DNA of 63,040 nt, filler included, from Reticulomyxa filosa (lineage: Eukaryota; Protista; Foraminifera), in NCBI GenBank assembly GCA_000512085.1. It is 23 parts of 23 records of this genome, joined end to end, with 100 filler letters (N's around TTAATTAATTAA, not from the genome) between each part and the next. Parts side by side here need not be neighbours in the genome. Positions count along the whole stretch, not along the records: positions 1 to 1,834 come from ASPP01006966.1; positions 1,935 to 3,346 come from ASPP01047308.1; positions 3,447 to 4,446 come from ASPP01040392.1; positions 4,547 to 7,755 come from ASPP01045153.1; positions 7,856 to 8,935 come from ASPP01025740.1; positions 9,036 to 10,042 come from ASPP01035948.1; positions 10,143 to 11,913 come from ASPP01007515.1; 16 more parts are not named here. One strand, written 5' to 3'. The translations under genes and the position numbers were made by a program. This document shows positions 1-11,000 of the stretch, one piece after another. Each line of letters starts with the position of its first letter. The first letter of the stretch is position 1. The notes under the pieces are model-generated. The model searched no databases and was not told the DNA's origin. It saw nothing but the letters and a program-made list of their open reading frames with translations.

Positions 1-29
1 TTTTTTTTTTTTTTTTTTTTTTTTTGCTC

Positions 30-979
30 AACTTGTTGTATTCTACACGTTTAAGCCCACGTTCCAATTGTCGCTCGACGGACACCTGTTCGTCAACGTA
101 CAAGACAGTGACATGAAAAACGGGTCTTGAAAACTTGGAAAAGTGAGGTGTCTTTTCAAAATGTCTTCGGAGCATAAGCATCTTGTCATAGAGCAGACTA
201 ATGCACTGCGCCTGCGTGGGGGTGCGTGGGAATCCGTCCACCAATACGTAGCGTCCGCTGTACTGTGGCTCCAACAGCTTGCGCAATAACGCCGTTATTA
301 CTTCTCGGTCGTGCACTAAGCTTCCACTCGACTTCAACTTCTCAAATGCCTCACTCTTCAACAGGCTGCCCACGTTTATCGGTTCCGTTTCTATTCCTTG
401 CGTTTGCATTATAAACTCGGTCATCTCAGATTTCCCGCTCCCTTTTTTTTTTTTTTTTTTAAGCAAATCATAAAATTGGTTCTAATGCGCACATATATTA
501 TGGGTACATATCCCATATAATGTGTACATGTACAATGCATACGAAAATATGAGCAAAAAGCGAGTACCTGGCGCTCCTGACAGCCACATGATGCGTTTTG
601 GGAAAACCATGTTTTCGTGCCCCTTTTCTTGCATTATTTGCTTAAATATCAAATCAAACAGCAGAAAAGCCTCATTGGTCTCGCTTTCGATGGTGGACGA
701 GTTTGAGGACATGGGGCTGGAGGGACTCTTCACTGCTTCGGCACTCGGTGAGGCTGCCGTTCTTTGGCTCTGCACGTATACGCTCCAGGATCTCCTTTTC
801 TCGCTTCCTTTGGTTTCTCGCCATTTAACCATGCTGTATCTACTCATTTGGCTACAAGATCGAAAGTGATAGTAAGAGTGACGATGACGGGGGTAATTGT
901 GTTGTCTTGATCCTGCTTTTGTCTTTGTTGCCAATTGCAAATTTCGTATGACCCACCTCGATATACCAAGTCTTGACAT
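30..979 (-). CDS. Adenylate kinase family protein with N-terminal extension, 3'-partial, at least 2 exons
   Basis: Splicing intron 567..442 (GT..AG) joins WLSGAPG to SGKSEM, giving P-loop GAPGSGKS. Exon 2 contains VLVDGFPRT (ADK signature) and LYVDEQVSVERQLERG. The R/S-rich N-terminus could be a targeting peptide. Confidence 0.85.
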
Positions 980-1659
980 TTGTTGCTAGTTGCCGTTATT
1001 ATATTGTCGTCAGTAGTAGTTCGTTTTTTCTTATTATTCTTTGTTTGATGATCGCTTTTTTTATTTCGATTGAGAGTGGTAATGGTTGGACTTCAACAAC
1101 CAAACGCTTTTATTTTTATTTTTTTTTAGCGTGGTGCCCAGCTCTTCCTGGTCCTTCTGTGCGTTGAAAGTTTAGCTTTCAAGATTGTTTCCAAGTAATC
1201 TCTAAAATAAAAGAGCAGCCTTTTTGGATGCTATCTTCAAAAAATAAATTATAAGTGTTTGTTGTTTGCTTCGATTTTGGTCATCAATACGGATTGTTTT
1301 ATCAAAAATACAATTGTACTATTAACCTAGCACATACGTACAAATACAAATTAAAATGCAATAATTTTAAAATCATGATCAACTTTTTAAAGGACTCTGC
1401 AATAATCAATTAAAATTAATTCAAAAATTTGTTGAAAAATTATTCGTCAATTTTTAAATTAATACAATGTTTTAAAATCTAAATGTCATTGTTTTTAATG
1501 AATATACATTTGTCCTTCAACAAATGAAATTGCTTGTGGAATAGATATTACTACAATCCTTTTTTAGAAAGCTTTTAAGCATAATATTGTGCAATCAACA
1601 TTTCTGACATACATCACAACTAAAAACAAATTAGCTCAAATGATTTCACTTTACAATTA

Positions 1660-1834
1660 CAGTAGGTTGCAAAGAAAACTGAACTCCTAAAACATATCTT
1701 ATGATGATAATTGATTTTCTCAATGAAAAATCAACATTCAGACCTAATTTTTTTTAAAAAAAATATCTACAAGTATTGTAGTTTTTAAATATGAAATTGG
1801 TTTTTTAATAACTTTTTTTTTTGTTGGATGAAAT
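1660..1834 (+). mobile_element. End of a Tc1/mariner-like DNA transposon or MITE (copy 1)
   Basis: TA|CAGTAGGTTGCAAAGAAAACTGAAC... The first ~150 nt align with 9230..~9085 on the minus strand, and the terminus matches the copies at 3296 and 46766. Confidence 0.65.
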
Positions 1835-1934
1835 NNNNNNNNNNNNNNNNNNNNNNNNNNNNNNNNNNNNNNNNNNNNTTAATTAATTAANNNNNNNNNN
1901 NNNNNNNNNNNNNNNNNNNNNNNNNNNNNNNNNN
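1835..1934. other. Artificial contig linker N44-TTAATTAATTAA-N44 (first of 22)
   Basis: Identical 100-nt spacer with stops in all six frames. It also starts at 3347, 4447, 7756, 8936, 10043, 11914, 17862, 22788, 23933, 25521, 27078, 28598, 30159, 35557, 42273, 45669, 46805, 53197, 55988, 58485 and 59643. Confidence 0.98.
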
Positions 1935-3234
1935 TGAAGCACAAGAAAGTGATAATGTACTAAAATACATTAAGGAAAATTTGTTAAAGCAAATATCTGG
2001 AGCAATGAATCTTCCTTTACACTGGCATACAGCATGTTATAAAGGAGAATTGGTGGTCGATAGAAGGACCTGCTTTTACTTGCCGGAAAAGTAGTTGTTC
2101 CGGATCAAATGAAAAATGAAGTGCTTAATTACTTTCATTCTCACTGATTGGCACAACATCCTGGAGCAAAAAGAATGACCTTATCATTGAAAGAAAGGTT
2201 ATACTAGCTAAGAATGGATAAAGATATCAAAAAATGTTGCAATCAATGTTTTACTTGCCAAACATCAAAAGGAAAAATATATTCAAAGTCTGGCGAAATC
2301 AACACTTTCCAGCAATAATACCATTCCAGATGGTGGCAACAGGCATAGTAGATCATTTACCTAAAACTGAAGATAACTATCGCTATGTCATGACAATGAT
2401 GGATCGTTTTGCAAGATACGTTGAAGCAGTCCCACTGAAAATACAATTGTCAAAAGAAATAGCATTAACATTTGTAAATAAATTGATATTTAGACATTGT
2501 GTGCCTGAAACAATTTTATCGGATAATGCATTGCAATTCAGATGAAAAATATCAAGTCTCATTGCAGATATTTTAGGAATGATGCATCTATTTACATCAA
2601 TATATCATCGTCAAACAAATAGTATATTGTAAAGGTTCCATAGATATTTAAAAGAAAGACTAGTCACATTGGTGATAGAAAAGAATTTAGATTTCAGTCA
2701 AGGTGACTCGTGGAACAGTTTTATTCCAGCAATTGTGTCATCATATAATATTACACCGAATCGAATGATTTTATCAAGTCCACATGAATTAGTATATGGA
2801 TCAAGATTTATTTTACCAATCGATATTAAAATGGACCATTTGCGCAAAAACAAAATTGAAAGCCAAGATATGTCAGTATTTAAAAATATTTTGGGAAAAC
2901 AGCTTGAATGTATACTAGAATACGCAAAGATAGCACAATTCCGTTATACATCAACCGAATACGCTTTGAAAATAAAAATAGTCGTAGTCATTCATTTGTA
3001 ATTGGAGACAAAGTACTATTATACGTTGTAGATCAACGCACCGGGAACAATGCAAAACTACAACCAAAGTTTGTTGGACCTTATGAAATTATCGAACAAG
3101 TAGGCCCTTCGACAGTAAAAATTGTTTCAGAAAAAGGATTTTTGAAGGTAATACACGTATCAAAGTTGAAAAAATTTGATGCTGGAACGACGAATAAGGA
3201 AATGAAAATTGAGACCATATATTCAAGCAAATAG
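1935..3234 (+). mobile_element. Decayed Ty3/gypsy LTR retrotransposon integrase
   Basis: HHCC zinc region (H..QHPGAKRM..CNQCFTC), rve core (PFQMVATGIVDHLPKT..MDRFARY..ILSDNALQF) and GPY/F module (KLQPKFVGPYEI..IHVSKLKKF), broken by stops and frameshifts. Confidence 0.9.
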
Positions 3235-3295
3235 AAACACACCAAAGTGATCAGACAAAAACAACATTAGTGACAAATCAGCTCCAAGTATCATA

Positions 3296-3346
3296 CAGTA
3301 GAATGCAAAGTAAAGTTGACCCTAAAATGGCACCTTATAGAGATGA
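3296..3346 (+). mobile_element. End of Tc1/mariner-like element (copy 2), cut by contig end
   Basis: TA|CAGTAGAATGCAAAGTAAAGTTGACCCTAAAATGGCACCTTATAGAGATGA, nearly identical to the reverse complement of ~9179..9230. Confidence 0.65.
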
Positions 3347-3705
3347 NNNNNNNNNNNNNNNNNNNNNNNNNNNNNNNNNNNNNNNNNNNNTTAATTAATT
3401 AANNNNNNNNNNNNNNNNNNNNNNNNNNNNNNNNNNNNNNNNNNNNCAATCAAACACTACAAGAAGAACTGTTCTTTCTGACCTGGGATATTTATGTATG
3501 GTGATGTTTTCCTCAAAAAAAAGTGCTATGCAACATAAAAATTCGATCAGATTTCATCACAGTTTACCAATATCTATAATACTGTGTTTTTTTCGTGTTA
3601 CTGCAATGAATGTAAAGTTCAACGAACTTTGTTCGCTTTTTCAAAAAAGGAAAACAACTCCGAAATCCAAGGAGAAAAAAAGTTCTTGAGTTTCCCTTGG
3701 CAGAA

Positions 3706-4446
3706 ATGGCTGAGAATAATATTCTTGGAAAAATAACCGAAATGACAAGACAAAAATTGAAAGACTATTACACCTCTCAAGACAAACTAGTCCCATTATT
3801 TGATGATCCTCCCCAGTCAATTGACACCTGTCATGTTCGGTTGGCCCTTTTAACTGCACAACAGTTTCGAGAAAGAAAAGACAAAATGTCAAATAAAAAC
3901 AACGAAGAAAAAAAAGGAAAATCAAAAAAAGATCAAGAATGGCCGAGCATAGTAGACTATTCATTAATTTATGGTGAGCGAATATTGATTGATGAAAAGC
4001 AAACATTGAGTTATGAAGGACAAAAAACAATAGAATTAGAAGATATTTGGAAAGTAGAAAAAAGTAAAAAAAAGGAAAAAGATATTGAAGGAAAAAAACT
4101 AGAAGAAGAAAGTGAATTAGAATTACGTCATATTAGTATTCATGGAGAAGCAGGAACTGGGAAAAGTGTGTTGTCTCAAAAAATTGCATATCTATGGGCA
4201 AATAACCAAATATGGAATGATAGATTTCAATTATTATTGCATATTCCTTTGAGAAAGATTGCAAATATTTTTGATGAAGAAAACAATGACAAAATCGAAA
4301 AGCAATGGACAAAAATAATGAAAGAATTGAATATTCCACATTGTGATGAAAATGATACAAAATGTATAATGCGTGCAAAAGATGGGTTGTTGTTGGTATT
4401 GGACGGATTTGATGAAATTGTAAATGAGTTAAACACAAAACTGGGT
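3706..4446 (+). CDS. NACHT (STAND) NTPase domain protein, 3'-partial
   Basis: Walker A ISIHGEAGTGKSVL, NACHT-typical FQLLLHIPLR, Walker B LLLVLDGFDE. Confidence 0.88.
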
Positions 4447-4546
4447 NNNNNNNNNNNNNNNNNNNNNNNNNNNNNNNNNNNNNNNNNNNNTTAATTAATT
4501 AANNNNNNNNNNNNNNNNNNNNNNNNNNNNNNNNNNNNNNNNNNNN

Positions 4547-5086
4547 ATTTTTTTTGGTTGGAATTAAATTGCATGATTTATCCAAATGATCTTTCAAATC
4601 TTTTATTTTTCCTTTGAAATTGCAATTGCAGTTATTTTTTGAATTTAGATTTAAGTTTGATTCATTCCGGTGTTCCTCTTCTTCTCCTCCTGATTTTGTT
4701 TCTTCATTTAATTGCCCTTCTAGCAACTCAAATTGTCTCGGACAAATTACTAATAATTCGGACACAAATTTTCTCGCAGTTTTAATTTGCGAAAATTTAC
4801 AGTGTTCATGTTGTTGAATTGGACATTTTCCATTATTCTGTTTCAAATATTTTTGTAAACATTGTTCTCCAACCAAATAAATTTGATCTACATTTTCGTG
4901 TTCATCACAATGCAATTCCATTGCATTGTTTGCAATTTGATTACAAATGCAGCAAATTAAAGTGTCCAGTTTTTGTGATTCATTTGTGAAGGAAACCCAA
5001 GCTTTACTGTAACAGTCAGAAAAAGAAAAGATTGTTCTTTTGTTTTCTTTACTTTCTCCTTTTCTTTCTGCTTCAAATAACAACAT
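4547..5086 (-). CDS. RING/TRAF-type zinc-finger protein, partial
   Basis: LICCICNQIANNAMELHC..CLQKYL..CPIQQHEHC, then VICPRQ...CNFKGKIKDLKDHLDKSC (TRAF/Sina-like finger). Confidence 0.7.
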
Positions 5087-5479
5087 TAGTCTAGGGCAAA
5101 AACTTTATTTGAAGTTCACCTTCAAAATCCTTTTCAAGCTAAGACTCCACAATTTTTTGTGAAGAAAACTTTTAGGAAGAACAAATTATTTTTAATCGTT
5201 TTAAAATTAAAAAAAAATACAACTGGACAGAATTAATGAAAAGAGACAAATAGGATTCACCAATGTAGTGTTTTTGAGTCAAGAGAATGTGTCCTTGTTT
5301 TTTCAAATTTAAAAGTCAATTACAAAACAAGTTGTTAAAATGAAATTTTTTTTAGGGTAACAATCCTTATGAATTGGTTTTTGATTGGAACATATTACGT
5401 CAAAGCGAGGAAAAAAGAGCTAAATGAAAGGGGAAAGCCAAAGGATAATTACTTTCCAAGAATCCAATAGGAAAAGGAA

Positions 5480-6705
5480 ATGACAAATTTAAGTAGTGAA
5501 GAATATCAAATTTCATCACAAGAGGTAGCCAAGACAATTTTCCAAGCGTTGCAACATGGCAACACATTGATCACTAGAGAAAAGTCGGAAAAAACAAGGT
5601 ACATATTTTTGCAAAAAGATTGTTTGACTAGAAAACGATGCAACTTACGTACCTTTGATTTTTCAACTGGAGCCGAGTGGAGTAAGAGTATACAGAACAA
5701 CAGGGAGAAAAAAATTGTAAAGGATAAAATTATAAATAAAAACTAATTAAAAAGGACATGGTATCTCTCAATTTTGAATGACTCCAATCTTGACAAAACG
5801 GAAAAAAAGCAACGTATATATTTAGATGTTATTTTGCCAACTGTCAAGCTCCTAGGTGATTTTTTTCTTGCATAAACATGCTACTCTCACATCGACCTGA
5901 AAAAAAAAATAAAATAGAGTCAGTCAAAAAAGACTCCAAAAATTTTTTTACATCAAATCGGAGTTTCTTCCTTGCACTCTTTTGAATCAAATCGTTCAAT
6001 GAATAAATAAATAAATATGTATTTTTATGTGCGAAAAGACGAAAAACAGACGACAGTTGAATCAAATGTAAAAAAGAAGCAAATGGAGCAGAAAAAAATT
6101 ATTTGGAGTATATCGTGTACAACACTCGCAATGAAAATTCTTGGAAGATGAGAAAAGAGAAAAATGGTAATAAAAAAAAAGATCGTGTCGGAAAGGAGCT
6201 CGATTATTGCCTTACGTATATCCCCGGAGGCAGACAAGAGGGCCAACGTTTTTGTGCAAGAGCAATATCCAGAATAAATTTTGATGAGAAAAACGCGCTA
6301 ACCATCGGTCGAACTCGTATCAATGACATTGTTGTCGAGGATGACATCCATATTAGTCGAATTCATTGCTACTTGTTCAAAATAAAACAGTCATTGGTTG
6401 TTTTGGACGCGTGCAGTCTCTTGGGTACGTATACACTGAAAAGGTCTACTGACTCCAAATGTTTGCACAGCTTTCCCAATGAAAGACACGTTTTGACGTT
6501 TGGGCTTGATGAAACTGTACACATCCGATTAGGGGCTTATTGCCACATTATTTTAAACCCTAAAACTTGCGTAGTTTGTCAGGAAAACTCACGAAGTGTA
6601 CGCACCAAGTGTGGTCATTCCGTACTTTGTAGTGAATGCTTTGACAAATTGAACAGAAGTGCTAACAAACAAAAAAGATGTCCGCTTTGTAACTCTACTT
6701 TTTAA
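5480..6705 (+). CDS. FHA + C-terminal RING finger protein (CHFR/RNF8-like architecture); core 6103..6705, 5' exons uncertain
   Basis: FHA motifs TIGR..ISRIHC..LDACSLLGTY; RING CVVC..CGHSVLCSEC..CPLC. The upstream ORF 5480..5746 is a probable earlier exon, but the splice path was not resolved. Confidence 0.75.
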
Positions 6706-7069
6706 TTAATGTCTTTGCTTTGTCTTCTTTCACTCCGATTTTAAAAAGGGACATTTTCGGTTGGGTTTTGTTGTTGTTGTTGTAAGTATTTAAATTTAGC
6801 AATCTGAAATGAAAATTGTTGGTAAAAAAATAAAAAGATTATTTGTTAAATAATGAATTGTATACCCCATGAACATAATGGCATTCCATTGATAACGTTA
6901 CAAACATTCACTTTGAGCAAGGGTGTTAACAAAAAGCTGAAGTTTTTTTTGAAAAGAGAAAGCTCTAGAGATTATATAAAAAATATAAAATATCTACTTA
7001 AACAAAACTCCCTGTTTGGTCTCTGACTTTTATCTTGTTTTAGTCTCTTGGCAGTGAGAAAAAAAAAAA

Positions 7070-7755
7070 ATGGACGGTGATATGGAAGCCAATGAAACAA
7101 ACGCTGCTACAGGTGCAGAGCCACAACGCTATGGATCATACAGTTCAGCAATGGAAGGTCGATTACTAACACCATATGAAGAAGATCCACCAAAGGTGAA
7201 TAATTATTTTGAATATGTAAAATGGCATATTTTGTATGTTATATCCAAAAGAAAAAAAAAGGGGTTGAATATAAGGGATGAATGAACAAATAAAACAGAA
7301 ACGTATTATGCGATATGTATCTCTTGGGACAGTAGCATCTTTCGTTGTTGTTGAGTAAAGTTTGTTATTTTTATTAAAAGAAATTATGTGAAATCAATGG
7401 GAAAATAATAATAATAGGTTGTTTCTGTGTACGCAATGGTAAATGGATTTCGAACAACTCTTCATTTTACATTTGGATTGTTGGGTATTGGTTTGTTATT
7501 GTATGCATTCGCCACATTTGGATTGGTATGTAATATTTCTTTTTTATATAAATTATATAAAACTATTTATAAAAAAATAAAATAAATATGTGTTAGTGGT
7601 GGAAGATTAGAAAAGGAGAAATTGACAACCATGCCTATATTCCAGTGTATTTCCAAATGGTCGTCCTATTGTTCGCCAGCAGTTGTCTTTTGTATGGTGT
7701 GGTTAATGTCAAAGAGAATACCTTTGCATTGTATGGATATTGGGTTGTTTTTTTT
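7070..7755 (+). CDS. Hypothetical multi-exon membrane protein, 3'-partial
   Basis: ATG-initiated ORF followed by short hydrophobic exons separated by AT-rich GT-AG introns. Confidence 0.45.
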
Positions 7756-7855
7756 NNNNNNNNNNNNNNNNNNNNNNNNNNNNNNNNNNNNNNNNNNNNT
7801 TAATTAATTAANNNNNNNNNNNNNNNNNNNNNNNNNNNNNNNNNNNNNNNNNNNN

Positions 7856-8935
7856 AAAAAATTATATTATTCCAAATGATTTATTAAATTCTTTTAAAAC
7901 TCACACAATTGATAATGCTGATTATTTTATGCCTTATTGGATTAATCAATTATATGAACATAGTATAACATTATTAAAAAATAAAAATAAAAATAATAAT
8001 AATAATAATACTGATAACGATGATGATGATGATGATAATGATGATGATAATGATGATAATTATTGTTATAAACATATCACTCCATATTTATCTAAATATT
8101 TTCAACTTCCACATTTAAATAGAAAAGTATCTGATATTGCAGATTCTTTAACAGATTGGACAAATCAATATCCTAAGTATGATGCTGTTTACTCCAATTG
8201 TCAAAGATTTGCTTATGATTTATTCGTTTTTCTTTTACAAAAGTGTTCAAATCGAAATCATATTCAAAAACAATTGCAAAAAGCCCAATTTAAATTACAG
8301 TTTATATTTATATTTTAATATATTAATATATTCATTTTATTATTTTTTTTTTTCATTTATATATGTACATATATATATTCATAGATCATGGTATGATCAA
8401 GGCTCTATTCTTAAAACTCCTATCTCTCAACATCAATATCAATATCAACATTCGTATGATATTGATACTGAGTATGACAGTTGGTATTCTTCTGCTTCTC
8501 CTCCTCCTTCTCTTCCTTCTCATTCATCTGCCACTCCTTACAATCTTTTACTCCACTTACCACTCAAAGTCAACCTACACCAACCACTACGATTACTATT
8601 CCTTATTTTCATCAACAATTCAATCAAAATTATAAGGAAAATTATCACAAAAATGACAATAATAATAATGAAAATAACAATAATAATAGTAATAATGACA
8701 ATAATAATAATAATAATAATAATGGTAATAATAATGGTAATCATATTATTAATCATATTATTAATCATATTATTAATCATATTATTAATCATATTATTAA
8801 TCATATATCTCATCCTATTCCTAAAATTCAAATACCATCTCCATTGAACAAAATACAAACGAAATCAAAATCTAAGCACAAATCAAAAACAAAATCAAAA
8901 CATACATCTAAATCCAAAAAATGTAATCATAGATC
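7856..8935 (+). CDS. Fragment with permuted papain-like (PPPDE/LRAT-type) catalytic Cys motif and Asn/His-rich tail
   Basis: YPKYDAVYSNCQRFAYDLFVFL matches the Y-x4-NC-x2-F(A/S) pattern of PPPDE/LRAT peptidases. The rest is low complexity. Confidence 0.45.
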
Positions 8936-9035
8936 NNNNNNNNNNNNNNNNNNNNNNNNNNNNNNNNNNNNNNNNNNNNTTAATTAATTAANNNNNNNNN
9001 NNNNNNNNNNNNNNNNNNNNNNNNNNNNNNNNNNN

Positions 9036-9230
9036 TTTTTTTTTTTTAGGTCAAAGTATAAAATATTGAAATAATTAGAAAAGATATAATAAAAAACCAA
9101 AATGATATTTAAAAAATATACTATTTGTATATTTTTAAAAAATTATGTCTGAATGTTGTTTTTCATGTAGAAAATCAATCATCTCTATAAGATGCCGTTT
9201 TAGGTGTCAACTTTACTTTGCATTATACTG
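9036..9230 (-). mobile_element. End of Tc1/mariner-like element (copy 3)
   Basis: Minus strand reads TA|CAGTATAATGCAAAGTAAAGTTGACACCTAAAACGGCATCTTATAGAGATGATTGATTTTC.., homologous to 1660..~1812 and 3296..3346. Confidence 0.65.
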
Positions 9231-9415
9231 TATTTCGATAACTTAAGTCAGCAAAATGCTATGTTTTGATTATAGTTATATTTACTCGTAAATTGGTCAT
9301 TGTTGTCATGTGCTGATTAAATAAAACAGAAACTAAAAAATTAAAAAACACATTTTGTACCCAAGGCTGAAGGCTTTTCACTGGATCGATCCCAAAGAAA
9401 ATTGCTCTGCCGATG

Positions 9416-9595
9416 AATTCAGCAAATACATTGTGGATAGAAAGTGTTCAACTATTTTTTGATTAAATAAGCAACAAGAGCATTAAATAAATAAAATAAA
9501 TGAAATATATACATATTCATTTATTTAATGCTCTTGTTGCTTATTTAATCAAAAAATAATTGAACACTTTCTATCCACAATGTATTTGCTGAATT
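9416..9595. repeat. Near-perfect inverted repeat: 77-bp arms, 26-bp spacer
   Basis: 9416..9492 is the reverse complement of 9519..9595 with one mismatch. Confidence 0.95.
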
Positions 9596-10142
9596 TATTG
9601 GAATGAGTCTCTTGCGTGGACTCCGCAACGAACAGCAACAGCTTTAGCACCAAGTTCCGCAGATATGTTTCTTGGGCTACGAACGGAGAATATGTCACTG
9701 ATTTGATATATTGCAATGTCATAGTGTATTTTGTGGGTCCAGAACTTTTGTCACAACATGTCGAGCATTTGTGTGGGCAATATTCCGATAGCAACGTAAT
9801 GTTCGTCTTTCAGTCTATGATTGTGGGAGAAAACTTCTGTCGCAAATATTGCGAATAGGAAAATTAAAAAAATATATATTCATATATGTTCCTTCTGATT
9901 AGTTGTGTACTCCAATCATGTTAAAATACTTTCCGACCTTTCTCTGTCCTCAAATGTGGATAATTTTATTTGATAGTTCCTCAGTTTTTTTAGCTGGTAT
10001 AAGCGATTGCTTGTTCAATAACGTCCTTGATTGTTTTTTTCANNNNNNNNNNNNNNNNNNNNNNNNNNNNNNNNNNNNNNNNNNNNTTAATTAATTAANN
10101 NNNNNNNNNNNNNNNNNNNNNNNNNNNNNNNNNNNNNNNNNN

Positions 10143-10177
<35 letters not shown>

Positions 10178-10179
<2 letters not shown>

Positions 10180-11000
10180 AGACAATGTGATATTCAACTC
10201 AGGAGTTTGTTATGCCTTGTCTCGTGGGACATTGCGCGCAGTGTATCCGATATTCGAAACGAACGACTTTTTAAATCCACATCCACGAATTGCCAGTTCT
10301 CTAGTTTCTTGCCACTTTGTGTGCTTGTCTTAAAATACTTATTGTGTGGATAACGGACGTTAATGGCACGTGCTGAAATAGACGAAATTGGAGTCTATTG
10401 CACAGACCGTAAAGGGGCATTGGAAGATCAGTCCATGGGAGTATGTCTGCGGTCGCTTGGTATCCAACCCGGAAATACGTTGGATAGCAAACTAAGACAG
10501 AGGTTTCACATGTTCAAGGTGAGGCGATGAAACTTATCACTCTTTTTTTTTTTTTTTGTGTGTGTGTTACGATGCGCGACAACAATTACAAATAAAAAGA
10601 TGGCTTCATCGAAAAGGGGGCTTGTTCTATGCTGTGTGTTGGGTCTCAGTTCGAAGATATGCAAAAAGTCGTATTTGAAGACACATGGTACTGGCAACAT
10701 AAATTAAAGAGTCCAACTGGAGGAAACAACTGCTGTTCACCAGATTCAATTGCTTTTCATAGTTATAAAGAATCAACAGTGGAAGAGTTTTTAAACTTGA
10801 GCAAAATTTTCGATGGTGAAAATCAAGCTCTTGCAAAGGTCTTTGAGACTCCTATATTTGGACCCTTCTTGTTCAACAAATCCACTATCACTTTCGAAAT
10901 GGATGAGTATTTCAACAAATATCCACCTCCCATCGGCCAAAATATCTATCAGGGACCCAACAAAGAGCCTTTGTGCTGGAAATGCGAATCGTTACTCTGA
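10178..11000 (+). CDS. GT31 / core 1 beta-1,3-galactosyltransferase-like, C-terminal exons
   Basis: FNSGVCYALSRGTL; EDQSMGVCLRSLGIQPGNTLDSKLRQRFHMF; WYWQH..NCCSPDSIAFH, matching the C-terminal motifs of C1GALT1-type enzymes. Confidence 0.8.

Noticed and set aside
1835-1934. Regularly recurring TTAATTAATTAA palindrome as a biological repeat or CRISPR-like array
   Set aside because: Always centred in exactly 100 nt with Ns; it is a synthetic six-frame-stop contig linker.
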